Source of the DNA: Octopus vulgaris
Lineage: Eukaryota
DNA: 64,000 bases
Assembly (NCBI GenBank): GCA_951406725.2
Contig: OX597828.1
Location: 15,872,001-15,936,000, forward strand
Direction of reading: 5' to 3'
Each line of letters begins with the position of its first letter. The stretch's first letter is position 1. The notes below the pieces were generated by a model. It had not been told where the DNA came from. It saw only the letters and a list, made by a program, of their open reading frames with translations, and did not search any database. This document shows, piece by piece, positions 1-12,929 of this stretch. The translations under genes were made by a program, and so were the position numbers.

Positions 1-186
1 TTATTGATTCATATTGATTTGAATTAATCATGCATTATCTCATATCTTCAAGATCTTGATGGTGTAATTACTTAATGTAGAATAACATTGTAGGGTAGGT
101 GCGAGAGCCTGGATCTGGTCAGTTTGAACATAAAACAGATTAACTATTTTGGCCGGATATGGCCGGTTTAAATACTAAAGGGTTAA
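1..186. mobile_element. Right part of a TTAA-flanked piggyBac-like MITE (same family as 4404-4597)
   Basis: Ends in AATACTAAAGGG+TTAA. The internal sequence aligns by eye with 4430-4597. Confidence 0.6.
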
Positions 187-1152
187 GGAGGGATTATTAG
201 AGTTTATAGTAGCAGGAGGAGATAATTGACCCAAGCAAGCCAGTTATCTAAACTTCTAACAATAGAGGAAGGATCGACTCTGATTGTCTAGCTTTTTATC
301 TCAAGTAAGTTGTTTGTGTACTTGTCAGTCATCATCATCATCATCATTGTCATTTAACATCAGCTTTCCATGCTGGCATGAGTTGGACAGTTTGACTGAG
401 GGCTGGCGAGCCAGAAGACTGCACCAGTCTTCAATTTGATCTGGTAACAACAAACAATAACTAACAACCCAGCTTCAGAATTTTTCCCCTCTATCAATTC
501 AGGGACGATACAACCTGTATCAGCACTTTAGTAAAGAGTCATTCTTTATCACAAAATATAATCCCCTTCTGAATGCATCCACAACAAATGATACTATCAC
601 CAGGGCCTTAGAATAACACCCACACAAATATTGAAAACAATATATTGTAAACAGTCACTTTACATGAATTTATTCAGAATTCCAATCACTACTATTACAA
701 CCACAACAGGTCACTTTTAGTAGGTCACTTGACCATTTGAGAGGATTCCACCAACATCCTGCTACTGTCATACCATTCCTGCATTTTTATTCTTTCTCTT
801 CTTCTTCGCTGCCTCCTTTCTCTACTACTACTGCTGCTTAAACAATCAAAGACAAGAATTCATATCAACCTAGCTGCTGCTAACTACCTAGAACCCACAA
901 GAATAGAAAACAGAGACAAACAGAAAAAAGGAAAATGTCCCTTGCATTTGAACACTGTGGAAATATTTTCAAAAAACATTTCATTTAATTTTTCCACAAT
1001 TTAATTGTTTTCCATGCTTTACTCTAAGTTGAAAAAGTTGCAAAGACTGAAACCGGTACTAAAATGTTCTTCATGAGAAAATTATTTTACCATTTTCTAC
1101 CTTGTCTTTTTTCCTTATACATATCAACTCGTGTGTTCCTTTTCAACCTACT

Positions 1153-1186
<34 letters not shown>

Positions 1187-1194
1187 GTGCTTGA

Positions 1195-1710
1195 GGAGAC
1201 CTGTTGAGTCAAGTGCATGTACATGAACATCGAACCAAATATCAATGGAAACAGTAGTTGTGATACCTGTGCCGGTGACACATAAAAAGCACCATCCGAA
1301 CGTGGCCGTTGCCAGTGCAGCCTCCACTGGCTTCAGCACCATCTGAACGTGACCGATGCCAACCCTGCCTCGAATGGCTTCTATGCCGGTGGCACATAAA
1401 AAGCACCATCCAAACGAGGCTGATGCCAGCACTGCCTTGACTGGCTTCTGTGCCAGTAGCACAAAAAAAAAAGCACCAACCGATCGTGGCCGATGCCAGA
1501 CCCCTCTGGCACCTGTGCAGGTGGCACGTAAAAAGCACCCACTACACTCGCGGAGTGGTTGGCGTTAGGAAGGGCATCCAGCTGTAGAAACACTGCCAGA
1601 TCAGACTGGAGCCTGGGGCAGCCCCTGGCTCCCCAGACCCCGGTCGAACTGTCCAACCCGTGCTAGCGCAGAAAACGGACGTTAAACGATGATGATGATG
1701 ATGATGATGA
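1195..1710 (+). mobile_element. Non-autonomous retroposon (family E) with internal ~60-bp subrepeats and a (GAT)n tail
   Basis: Repeated GGCACRTAAAAAGCACC...CGTGGCCG units. The 3' end GAAAACGGACGTTAAACGATGATGATG is shared with the copies at 2476-2884, 3537-3888 and, reversed, 330-445. Confidence 0.65.
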
Positions 1711-1714
1711 TATA

Positions 1715-1745
<31 letters not shown>

Positions 1746-2206
1746 GTACATACCTACATATATATATGTATATATACATGCATATATGGGTACAGGACAT
1801 AAAAAAGTGTAGAGGAAATGAGAACATAGAAAACGAACTTTTTCGAACAATGAAAATAAAAGAGAAATGAGACATGTAACATAAAGAACATTCCCTTCGT
1901 CAGTTGTCCCTTGTTCTTTTATGAAGTTTCCATCTACCAAATTCACCCGCAAGGCTTTTGTTGGCTTGTAGCTACTGCAGAGAACCCTTTCCCAATGTGC
2001 CATGTAATGAGATTGAACCAGAAACCACATAGTAGCAAAGTGTGCTTCTTAACCTCAGCAGCTATGCTTGTGTATTTCTTTTATTTGAGTTTATTGTGAG
2101 TTATAAACATTGTCTCCCTATGTCTGTCTGTTGTATTCAAATATACACACACACATAATATTTTCTTTTCTATTTATTATTATTATTTCCTTCTCTATTT
2201 ATACAG

Positions 2207-2368
2207 CCCATATCTCCGAAAGAAGAAATATCTATAAAGAAAGAAGAAGAAAATGATGACATGTGTGTCGATATCTTGTCAAATCCTCTTTATTGGACTG
2301 TTAGTGATGTGGTTAGTTTCATAAAAAGTACGGATTGTGCACAGTTTGCTCGTCTCTTTAGACAAGAG
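2207..2368 (+). CDS. SFMBT: SFMBT (Scm-like with four MBT domains) penultimate coding exon, N-terminal half of the SAM domain
   Basis: Pyrimidine tract plus AG at 2205-2206 and GT donor at 2369, phase 0/0. Translates PISPKEEISIKKEEENDDMCVDILSNPLYWTVSDVVSFIKSTDCAQFARLFRQE, which matches the recalled vertebrate SFMBT1 SAM ([26 protein letters not shown]). Confidence 0.92.
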
Positions 2369-2475
2369 GTAATATATGTTTATATTATATATGTTTTTTT
2401 AAAGTTTGTATATATATATATATATATGTCTAAAATAGTATTGTATTAAAAATAAATGTAAATATATGAAACGTG

Positions 2476-2884
2476 AGCACCATCCGTTCGTGTCCATTGC
2501 CAGCCTCGCCTGGCCCCCGTGCCGGTGGCATGTAAAAGCACCATCCGCTCGTGTCCGTTGCCAGCCTCGCCTGGCCCCCGTGCCGGTGGCATGTAAAAGC
2601 ACCATCCGTTCGTGTCCGTTGCCAGCCTCGCCTGGCCCCCATGCCGGTGGCATGTAAAAGCACCATCCGTTCGTGGCCATTTGCCAGCTCTGTCTGGCAC
2701 CTGTGCAGGTGGCATGTAAAAAGCACCCACTACACTCATGGAGTGGTTGGCGTTAGGAAGGGCATCCAGCCGTAGAAACACTGCCAGATCTGACTGGGCC
2801 TGATGAAGCCTTCCGGCTTCACAGACCCCAGTTGAACCGTCCAACCCATGCTAGCATAGAAAACAGATGCTAAATGATGATGAT
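2476..2884 (+). mobile_element. Family E retroposon with three near-identical 61-bp tandem subrepeats, in the SFMBT intron
   Basis: AGCACCATCCGTTCGTGTCC...GGCATGTAAA repeats at a 61-bp period, followed by a GAT tail. Confidence 0.65.
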
Positions 2885-3190
2885 ATATATATATATCCTT
2901 GGTAAATTCATCTTGTCATGGATTACCATGATGAATTTACCAGGGATATATATATATATATACAAACTTTAAATTTTCTTACAAAGTCTATCTGCATAAA
3001 TCAAAACCATTACTGAGATGAACTTACCAAGGATATATATATATATATACAAACTTTAAATTCTCTTACCAAAGTCTACCTGCATAAATCAAAACCAGTA
3101 AATTTTAATCTATTTTTCAAAAAATACTTTCTCGTATATTTTTCTAATTTTAAAACGACATTCGATATATTATAAAAACTTTATCTCCTC

Positions 3191-3282
3191 CATCTTTGAC
3201 GAGCAGAAGTATTGTCTATCAATGTGTATCAACAACGGATTCCATTATAATGACAATACTTTCATGAAACGATCGTAAGATG
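3191..3282 (+). ncRNA. Type I hammerhead-ribozyme-like motif (U3 variant), sense strand of the SFMBT intron
   Basis: Stem I CATCT/AGATG, core TTGACGA, 10-bp stem II AAGTATTGTC/GACAATACTT, then GAAAC-GATC-GTA (palindromic ACGATCGT, GUA site). Confidence 0.6.
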
Positions 3283-3536
3283 CATTAATTAACAAATTTT
3301 TAAACTGTCACGTTTCATATATTTACATTTATTTTTAATACAATACTATTTTAGACATGTATATCTTTGTGAGAAATTTTTTTGATATTAAATTTCATGC
3401 TATTATTTCAAAATGCAGTATATATAATCGCTCGTATTAATGTCTAAATACTTTATAGTATTAATATTTTTGACATTTTATACAAAGAGCACTCTTATAA
3501 ATTCAGTGTATAATATTCTAACAGAATATATATATA

Positions 3537-3888
3537 TGGCACGTAAAAAGCACCAACCGTTCGTGGCCGTTGCCAGCCTATCCTGGCACGTTAAAAGCAC
3601 CATCCGTACGTGGCCGATGCTAGTGCTGCCTTGACTGGCTTCCGTGTCGGTGGCATGTAAAAACCACCAACTGATCATGGCCATTGCCAGCCCCCCTGGC
3701 ACCTGTGCCTGTGGCATGTAAAAAGCACCCACTACACTCACGGAGTGGTTGGCATTAGGAAGGGCATCCAGCTGTAGAAACACTACCAGATCAGACTGGA
3801 GCCTGGTGCAGCCTCCTGGCTTCCAGACCCCGGTCGAACCGTCAACTCATGCTAGCATGGAAAACGGACGTTAAACGATGATGATGAT
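3537..3888 (+). mobile_element. Family E retroposon copy
   Basis: Same subrepeats and the same GAT-tailed 3' end. Confidence 0.6.
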
Positions 3889-4194
3889 TTATAAAACAAA
3901 CAAATGGAAGGAGGCATAAGTATCACATTCCTTGGTTATAACTGTTTTGGCAACATAAATGTCAGATCAATCATTTAACAAGTTGGAAAACATGAATATA
4001 AACAATGATTGTGGTTTTACTGTTTCAGTTACCACAAAACCCATATTTTGTTGAAATGGCCATCACCAAGCAATAAATGCTTGTTATTGTATGCTTCATG
4101 ACTAAAAACTGAATGGATTTTCAGTTCGTGTCTAAACACTTGCTTCTACTGAAGCATCAGTTCTTTCTATATGCTCTGTTAGCTTTCATTTACT

Positions 4195-4710
4195 GTGAGG
4201 GAGCATGACTTTGTGGTTAGGGTGTTCAGCTCACAATCGTGTGGCTGTGAGTTTGACTCCTGATGGCACATTTTGTCCTTGATCGAGACACTTTACTTCA
4301 GGTTGCCCCAGTTCAGTCAGCTGGCAAAAATGAATGGTACCTGTATTTCTAAGGGCCAACTTTGTCACATTCTGTGACATGCTGAATCTCCCTGAGAACT
4401 ACTTTAACCCTTTAGCATTCACATTGTTTTGAATTAATTGTGCATTATCTCATAGCTTTGAAATTTTGATGATGTGATTATTTATCTTTAGAATGACATT
4501 GTAGGGTAGGTGTGAGAGGCTGAATCTCATAAGTTTGAACATAAAACAAGGATAATATTCTGGCCAGATATGGCTGGTTTAAACACTAAAGGATTAAGGG
4601 TGTGTGTGTGTCTGTGGACTGCTCAGCCACTTGCACATTAATTTCATGAGCAGGCCGTTCCATTGAACTAATCAACTGGAATGATTATTGTTGTAACCAT
4701 CAGTGTCAGT
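4195..4710 (+). mobile_element. tRNA-derived SINE (family D) interrupted by a piggyBac-like MITE at 4404-4597
   Basis: GTGGTTAG head and CAGCTGGCAAAAATGA core, as at 55515-55790. The insert is TTAA-CCCTTTAG...CTAAAGGA-TTAA at a site that reads GAGAACTACGTTAAGGG in uninterrupted related sequence (e.g. reverse strand near 61870). Confidence 0.65.
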
Positions 4711-4911
4711 TTTATGTTTTTCATTTGCTGTATATGCACACACACACACACACACACTCTATACAGACCATTCTATTCCTGTATATTTGTTTCTACATAA
4801 GTCCTACGCCTGCTCTCTTCCGGCAGATTTATGACTTTGCATGTTGGTTGCTGTTATTGTTATTTATCATCAGGTAATAATCAACAGCCATCAATGAAAC
4901 GAATCATCGTT

Positions 4912-5345
4912 TATAATAATAATGAAATTATTGTATACAGTGCTCAGGTGCACCACAACTTGTCAGAAAGTGCATATAAAGTACATGCAGTAATGTAGAA
5001 ATGTCTGGAAAGTGAACAGTGTATGAGTCAGATACATGCTTGTGTGTGTATGGAGGGGAGAAAATCAGGTGTAGTGTTGGCGAATCTCAGGAAGCATGGA
5101 AGTTTTGAAGGATGCAGTGCTCCGACAACTAACAACCGATGCTGGCAGTTTGTTCCATGCTTCAGCAACTCTCAGCGTGAAAAAATGTTTCCTGAAGTCA
5201 TGGGAGCTGTGCTGTTTTCTTACTTTGTAAATATGTCCACGGGTGTTAGATGGGTGGAGTTTGAAGAGGTGCTCAGCGTTATTGTTTGTGCGATGGTTGA
5301 TAATTTTATGGGTGTCTGCCAAGTCAGCTGCCAGACGTCGGATTT
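4912..5345 (-). mobile_element. 5'-truncated CR1/L2-type LINE 3' end, antisense in the SFMBT intron
   Basis: The ORF reads ...NTRGHIYKVRKQHSSHDFRKHFFTLRVAEAWNKLPASVV, the TRGH / FFxxRVxxxWNxLP motif of CR1-group ORF2 C-termini. An (ATT)n tail lies near 4912-4925. Confidence 0.8.
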
Positions 5346-5433
5346 CATATTATGCCTTTTTGCATTGTTGAAGTAAATGAAATGAAATTGTACTCGATGG
5401 ATTAATCAATTAAAATTTTGAATCTCTTAACAG

Positions 5434-5571
5434 GAAATTGATGGTCAAGCTCTTCTTCTATTGACTCTACCCACTGTCCAGGACCACCTTGCCCTGAAAT
5501 TAGGACCAGCTATTAAATTGTGCCATCACATTGAAAGGGTGAAGATTGTGTTTTACAAATGCTACGCTTGA
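5434..5571 (+). CDS. SFMBT: SFMBT terminal coding exon, C-terminal half of the SAM domain
   Basis: CAG acceptor at 5431-5433. Translates [45 protein letters not shown], in frame with exon 2207-2368 and nearly identical to the recalled SFMBT1 C-terminus ([37 protein letters not shown]). Confidence 0.94.
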   Translation, partial: EIDGQALLLLTLPTVQDHLALKLGPAIKLCHHIERVKIVFYKCYA

Positions 5572-6019
5572 TTTCTGTCTAAAGCCGTTGAGGAATCAGA
5601 ACACAGAAGGAACTGTTTCTACTGGGTCAGCTGGCTTGTGGGTCAGCTGGCTGGTGGACTGGCTGGCTGGCTGGTGGGCAGGTCAGCTGGCAGATTGCTA
5701 GATTGGTTGGCTGTAGCAAGCCTTTGATAAAAGAAAAATAGGGTAAAAGAAGCCAAAAAGACAAGACCAAAAGAAAGAAAAAAAAAAAAAAGCAGATGGA
5801 TTCAGCAGAATATGCTTACTTTTGTTCCACAGTGTATGTTGTTGTTGTTATTATTGAGGATGCACAGTGGAAATTTTAGAATGATGGAAGTGGATTGGAT
5901 TGGAGTATGATGATTATGATGACGATGCCGATGATGTTATTCTACTGAGTTGTGATCAAATGCAAAAAAAAAAAAAGAAAACCCCCCCAAAAAACAAAGC
6001 AAAACAAACACTTCTTGTA

Positions 6020-6059
<40 letters not shown>

Positions 6060-6536
6060 ATAAACAGCAACAAAAATGTCATGACCATCTTTCATCAATG
6101 CCAGCAGCACTGTCGTAATCTTCACACCAGCATCCATCACTACCACCACCACCACCACCACCACCACCACCACCACAACCATTATTATTATTATTATCGG
6201 ACATTGTCAACATTATCACCATTTTCATCTCTGTCGTCACCATTATTGTCACTATCATCATCATCATCGTCACCATCATTATCATCATCATCATCATCAT
6301 CCTTATGTTGTTATTGTTATTCACATAGTAACAAAATGTAATGAATTGGTTTCCTCCACTTCTGTTTATTTATTTATTTAAATTTTTTTCCTTTTGTTTT
6401 TTTTTTTATTTGGTTCTCTCAAGCAATGACATTTTCAAAAACATTATTATTATTATTATTATAGCGCATTATATATGTATATATATTTATGTATATATGT
6501 CGATTGGATACTTCCAGTTATAAAAGACCATTATTC

Positions 6537-6542
6537 AATAAA
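6537..6542 (+). promoter_or_regulatory. Candidate SFMBT polyadenylation signal
   Basis: AATAAA about 1 kb after the stop codon, followed by GT-rich sequence. Other AATAAA hexamers exist (e.g. near 6059). Confidence 0.3.
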
Positions 6543-7289
6543 GTACTCAATACTTGTTGAGATGTAGTTTGTATATGTATGGCAGTGTGTGTGTGTGTTT
6601 GGAATATTTATCTTGCAGATGAGCTCATCCATTTCAGTTCACTCTCTCAACCTCATCAACAGCAGGGTACCACATATTGCTGTTGATTAGGTTTTGAATA
6701 TGAACTGATGCTGGTGAGCACATCTTGAGGGAAAATTATATTTTGCATATGCATGTGTATACACACACACACACACACACACACTGTGTATTGATATGTA
6801 TGTGTGTATTTGTTTGTATCTGATTTTTATTTGTGTGTACATATGTTTATATGTGTGTTGCTTATATATACATAGGTATGTATATAAACATGTATGTATA
6901 TTTGTGTATATATTATATATATATATATATATGTTTATTAGTATGAATGTGTTTATAAATATATGTTTCTTACTCTTGGATTCACATATTCAAATGAGTA
7001 TAACTGGGTAAAAGAAACACCTTGGGTATCATACCTACTTCCTATCCTGTTTTGGGAGCTAATTAATGTAAATACCCACTTAACCTTTCTGGCTCTGGAA
7101 CATCACACAGGACATCTGAAGGAAGTGAGGGTGGCACATACCCAACCCAGAGTTATAATCTAGACTTATTTATGGCATCTGTGCTTCATTTGTCATATGG
7201 ATACCCATGCACGTATGTATGTGTGTGTGTACACATGGATATATATATATGTGTGTGTGTGTATGTATGTATGTGTATATATATATATG

Positions 7290-7690
7290 ACATGGCTGTG
7301 TGGCAAAAAGCTTGTTTCTCAATCACATGGTTCTGAGTTCAGTCCCATTACATGACACCTTGGGCAAATCTTCTACTATAGCCTTAGGCCAACCAAAGCC
7401 TTGTGAGTGGATTTGATAGATGTGAACTGAAAGAAGCCCATTGTGTGTATGTATGTGTCTGTGTATATATATATATCCATGTATCTGTTTGTCCCCACCA
7501 CCACCACCACCACTTGAGAACCAGTGTTGGTGTATTTACCTCCCCATAACTTAGAAGTTCGGCAGAAAGAGACCGACAGAATAAGTACTAGGCTTCAAAC
7601 AATAAGTCCCAGGGTTGATTTGTTTGACTAAAACACTTCAAGACAGTGTCCCAGCATGGCCACAGTCAAATGATTGAAACAAGTAAAAGA
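7290..7690 (+). mobile_element. SINE family A (tRNA-like head, CCTTGGGCAAG core, internal TA/TG microsatellite)
   Basis: TGGCTGTGTGG...CCTTGGGCAA...GAAACAAGTAAAAGA, with many copies in the window. Confidence 0.75.
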
Positions 7691-7705
7691 TAAGACTTGG
7701 TAGTA

Positions 7706-7746
<41 letters not shown>

Positions 7747-7747
<1 letters not shown>

Positions 7748-7980
7748 AAAACGGTAAGATAACAAAAGAAAGAAAGAGACCTCAATATTATGTAAATAGA
7801 GGAAATTTATCTGTAAAATAATATGTGACAATTATTTGGTAGCCAAGATAAAACTGAGTTTCGGATGCTGAGGTGGAAATCTACAACACCATTTCTTCAG
7901 GGCCAGATAACCGAAGAGATGGTGTTGTGGATTTCCACCTTGGCTACCGAATAATTGTCACATATTATTTTACAGATATA
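7747..7980 (-). mobile_element. Penelope-like pLTR-derived element with an inverted duplication and a degenerate hammerhead (about 7847-7900, -)
   Basis: Homologous to 58078-58245. Arms 7809-7897 and 7913-7978 are inverted. It sits next to (TA)n. Confidence 0.55.
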
Positions 7981-8017
7981 TATGAGAACAAAGTGTACGT
8001 ATGCCGCTATATATATA

Positions 8018-8164
8018 CATATAATACAAAATAGGACAAGAACGCAAAACATCCGGGCAACTAGGTGATACAAAAAGGGGCACCAAAACATCCAGATAGA
8101 CTCCCTTTTTGTATCACCTAGTTGTCCGGATGTTTTGCGTTCTTGTCCCATTTTGTATTATATA
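8018..8164. repeat. Near-perfect ~60-bp inverted repeat (foldback) between TA-rich tracts
   Basis: ATAATACAAAATAGGACAAGAACGCAAAACATCCGG...CCGGATGTTTTGCGTTCTTGTCCCATTTTGTATTAT. Confidence 0.8.
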
Positions 8165-9447
8165 TGTGTTTGTGTGCATAAATTAAGTTTGTGTCGGGCA
8201 TTAAATGAACTACACACCTCCTTCTTACAAGGCTGCTGCCCAGATTTACTAGTAAGGTATCTATACATATCAACAAAATTTGGTTTTATATATCATAATA
8301 CCAGTCAGGAAGAGAAATCACACGGCAGTGCTTGAGTAGTCATGGAAGAAAAGACAAAAAGAAAAACAGCACTGCAGTACCAGTGATAGTCTCAGCTGGG
8401 TTTGAAACAGTAGGATTTTAATATATCAATGAACATGTAGTAAGCAATGTAGTATAAAATATTTTGGCTAATATTCAGTGTATTTATGGTACTATTTTAA
8501 TAGAAATTTAAATTTGTGTTTCAGTTTTTGCCTTTTTTTAAAATCTTGAATTAATGGAAGTTTTGGGATTAATTCTTTGCTTGTCCAAAATAGTTTAAGT
8601 TTGGTCTAACATCCAAGCATGTTATTAGACTTTTGTTAGTGTGGAGGCGTGCCGCTTAATGGTTAGAGTATTTGGCTCACGGTTCCTAGCGGCACGTTGT
8701 GTCTTTGAGCAGGACACTTTATCTCATGTTACTCCAGTACACACAGCTGGCAAAAATGAGCAGTTCTTGTAATTTAACCCTTTTGTTACCATATTTCTGC
8801 TGTAGTACAAATGTCTTGTTTTCATAAGTTCTGAATTAAAATCTTCCACCAAACCTTAGTCACAATTTATGTTCCTAACACTAGCTGAATGATAACCAAG
8901 TTATTTTACTAAAATCTTTGTTATATTTGAAGTAACTGAAAGAAACACAGATCATCTCAAAATAAATACAGTAACGAAAGATATATTCTCTTCTTGATAT
9001 TTATATTCTCTAGTGTAACATCCTAAACTTCTCCTTAATAATTTTACAACAAAAATAATTATTACTTTTGTGTTATTTTTAATTCTGTGGTTTTTAAATT
9101 TACATAAATAATTCACAGGAGTTTCCTCACTTTCAAGAAGGCAATATGGAAACTCTGTAAATTCGTGTTGGATTTTTATTAATTTCTTTCATGGATTCAG
9201 AAATCACGTTGAGAAGTGGGTGGGTGGGTGGGGGCGATATAGTTAATATAGTTATATTGAAATATTTTTGTGTAAAGAAGAAATTTAGCTTCAAAAATTT
9301 TGATTTTTTTTACACAAAATAATTCATTAAAACGTATGTTAATATTATGGTTATCAGGCCCAGGTTAAAGAGCACTGTATGTATTTTGGTAGAAACTCTA
9401 AAGCACCAGAGTAAAATGTCTTGTATTTAAATTTTGTTCTTTGTCTG

Positions 9448-10015
9448 AAGGCGGTGAGCTGGCAGAAACGTTAGCACACCGGGCGAAATGCTTAGCAGTA
9501 TTTCGTCTGCCGTTACGTTCCGAGTTCAAATTCCACCGAGTTTGACTTTGCCTTTCATCCTTTCGGGGTCGATTAAATAAGTATCGGTTACACACTGGGG
9601 TTGATATAATCGACTTATTCCATTTGTCTGTCTTTGTTTGTCCTCTCTGTGTTTAGCCCCATGTGGGTAGTAAAAAAATAGAAATGTGTATTTCATCTAC
9701 CGCTATGTTCTGATTTCAAATTCTGCCGAGGTCGACTTTGCCTTTCATCCTTTCGGGGTCGATTAATTAAGTACCAGTTACGCACTGAGGTCGATATAAT
9801 CAACTTAATCTGTTTGTCCTCTCTGTGTTTAGCCCCTTGTGGATAGTAAAGAAATAGGTATTTCATCGGCCTTTATGATCTGAGTTCAAATTCCAACGAG
9901 GTTGACTTTGCCTTTCATCCTTTTGGGGGTCGATAAATTAAGTACCAGTTGCATACAGGGTTAATCTAATCGACTGGCCCTCTCCCACAAAAATTTCGGG
10001 CCTTGTAGAAAAGAA
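9448..10015 (+). mobile_element. SINE family B multimer (head plus three body units)
   Basis: AAGGCGGTGAGCTGGCAGAA head, then repeated GTTCAAATTCC...GCCTTTCATCCTTTCGGGGTCGAT core resembling the MetaSINE/Sauria-type central domain. Confidence 0.75.
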
Positions 10016-10799
10016 TTGTTAGCATGTTGAGCAAAATTCTTGGCAACATTTTGTGGATCTTTATGTTCTGAGTTCAAATTCCATTGAGGTAAACTTTTCC
10101 TTTCATCTTTTCAGGATTGATAAAATAACTATCAGCTTATTTCATCAGCTGAGCACTGACGGGGTCAATGTAATAGACTTACCCCATGTCCCTGTGCAGA
10201 AATTTGAAACCAATTTCATTCTCTGTTAGGGCTCTGAGTTCAAATCCTGTTATTTCTGATTTTGCTTTTTGTTCCTCCTGGGTGGCATGAGGAGGAAAAT
10301 AAGTACTAGCATTATACTGATGTGAACATGTTCTACTAGTTAGTGTTTGGCTCATAACCCTAACGTCATGGGTTCAATTCCTGCATCAAGTAGCACATTA
10401 TGTATGTGAGCAAGGCACTGTATTTCATATTACTCCAGTCTACTTATCTGAAAATATGTACTGGCCAAGTTGCTGGTGTAACTCTCTCTCTCTCTCCCTC
10501 CCTCCCAGCTATTATGCACTAGGTGAGCTGTGGGGTCAAAGGACAAGAGAGTGAAGATGGGTTTCTGTGTCTGCTTGTGAATACACAGGTAATGTAAAGC
10601 AATTAGCAAAAGCATGGCACACATTGCTGAGCCACACTTGTTTGCAGTTCATGGTTGGATTCAATAATTATACTGATGTTTTGATTTGATAGAACCTCTA
10701 CAGGCCCACTCCATTATAAAGATTGCCTTTGTGCCTAGTCAAAACATTGTCAGTGAGCCAACGTGTGTGTGTGTGTATGTATGTATGTATGTATATATA

Positions 10800-11066
10800 T
10801 ATCACCGTGACCGACCAGGCTTTCAGATGTTGCTACACATTGCTGGTCACAATGCGCTTCGCATTGTTTTAGCCTTCAAATGACGCCACCCTGCTGGCTA
10901 AGTGAGCAGGCCAACAGAAGAAAGAGTACAGCAGGGATCGCCACCAACCCCTGTTGGATCTTTAAGAGTTTTTGCTCAATAAACACTCACAACTTCTGGT
11001 CTGGGAATTGAAACCACGATCCTACGACCACGATTCCGGTGCCCTAACCACTGGGCCATTGCGCCT

Positions 11067-11103
<37 letters not shown>

Positions 11104-11420
11104 GACCCCCTTCGGTCATGGGATTGCACCTAGAAAGTTACCCTCCTAGGCACAAGTCTGGGCAAGGTTGTTTATAGAAGACCACCAGTTGCCCATGCAT
11201 ACCGGCCTCCCCTCTCCACACCACAAGTGTTATCAAGGGAAAAGCAAAGGGGCCAATACAGCTTGGCACCTGTGACATCGCAACTCATTTCTACAGGTGA
11301 GTGAACTGGAGCAACATGAAATAAAGTGTCTTGCTCAAGAACACAACACGCAGCCCGGTCCGGGATTCAAGCTCACAACCTCACGATCATAAGCTCGATG
11401 CTCTAACCACTGAGCCATGA
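10800..11420 (-). mobile_element. Two adjacent tRNA-derived SINEs (families C and D) separated by (TA)n
   Basis: Reverse-strand heads TGGAGGCGCAATGGCCCAGTGGTTAG (near 11068) and CATGGCTCAGTGGTTAGAGC (near 11419), each with A/B-box-like motifs. Confidence 0.7.
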
Positions 11421-11998
11421 TTTAAAAAAAAAAACAATCAGACAGACTACGGAAGCTACACACATAATAGAAGATAAACCTAGCCTGAATAGGAAACTGG
11501 AATGGAACACTAGTACACACCACAACATGTGACAAGAGGATCCCCATAAACTGGTTATAATATAAACAAAACCGAAAACATAATAAATAAAATACACAGA
11601 TAAATAAACAAATAGAAATAAATAACTATATAGGTTTTTTTTTTTTAAATTTAAAAGATTTTAAAACAATTTAAAATATTTTTTCTTAAAAATGTTTTAT
11701 TATTATTACTAGTAATTGTTATACATACAAGCATACGTAATAATAATAATAATGATGATAATAATAAGTGGATGTAAACATGAACATAATAAAAAAAATA
11801 ATAAACAAAAACAAATTACACGAACGTATATAAACAGAAAATACAAATATTACAGGCCTCCCCCCCACATACACACTAACTAAACATAGATGCACATAGA
11901 GATATACGCATGCGCAAATAAAGACACATACAATAGAAATACAAAATGGCTGACGGTTAGTAAGGAGAGACACAAATAAGAAAGAAGAAAGCAAAGGA

Positions 11999-12038
11999 CC
12001 ACTGATGCAGTCACAGGAGTGTGACGAAAGAACTCTGG
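11999..12038 (+). ncRNA. Minimal hammerhead-like motif (variant core CUGAUGCA)
   Basis: CCA-CTGATGCA-GTCACA(GGAG)TGTGAC-GAAAG-AA-CTC-TGG, with a 3-bp stem I, a perfect 6-bp stem II and a CUC site. Confidence 0.5.
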
Positions 12039-12178
12039 CCGAAATAAGATTAAGATTAATGTAAAAAATAAATAACACTGAAGCAAAGTAATACTAAATA
12101 TATAGTGCGTGTGTTTTTATTGGCTAAACTGGCAAAATGACCATTCCGAAATACAACAATATATATACATATATGTAG

Positions 12179-12217
<39 letters not shown>

Positions 12218-12428
12218 TGTAGATAGGTATGTGTATATATATTGATATAGGTATGTAGATATATATATACATGTATATATATATATGTATATAGATATGT
12301 ATACGTATATGGATATATATGTTTGTATATATATATGTATACAGGTACCTTTATGTATATATACATATCCATACCTATATACATATAAATGTTCAGGTCC
12401 AGGTACCTTAACCTGAACATATATATGG

Positions 12429-12469
<41 letters not shown>

Positions 12470-12614
12470 CATGTACATATGTGTATATTATTATTTATGT
12501 GTATACATATGTACGTATATTTGTGTATCTATATATAATATGAATATGTATGAATATATGTATGTATATATATATATATATTTATGTATATATATATATA
12601 TATTTATGTAAAGT

Positions 12615-12810
12615 TAATCCAAACATGAAAGCACAAAAAAACACAACAACGCGAGGACGTGGAACAAATATAGTATTATTGGACGCTCAGGAAAGAAGGA
12701 GGGTTTAACGTTTCGAGCGGAGCTCTTCGTCAGAAACATAGGAGAAGGAAAGATCCAGAGAAGGGAAGACGGAGGAATAAAATCGCCAACGGTACACACG
12801 CGGTCACAAT
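12615..12810 (-). mobile_element. Penelope-like pLTR-derived short element with a minimal hammerhead at 12703-12737
   Basis: The minus strand reads GTTT-CTGACGA-A-GAGC(TCC)GCTC-GAAA-C-GTT-AAAC. Family copies lie at about 16660-16828, 39295-39475 and 56500-56660. TA microsatellites flank it. Confidence 0.7.
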
Positions 12811-12839
12811 GAATGAAAATGTGTTTATATATCTATGAA

Positions 12840-12888
12840 TACTTGTTTAGATATGTATGTATGAAAATTTGTATGTATGTGTGTATGA

Positions 12889-12929
<41 letters not shown>

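Noticed and set aside
2476-2720. 61-bp repeats as CRISPR or coding repeat
   Set aside because: They are internal subrepeats of a dispersed retroposon found several times in the window.
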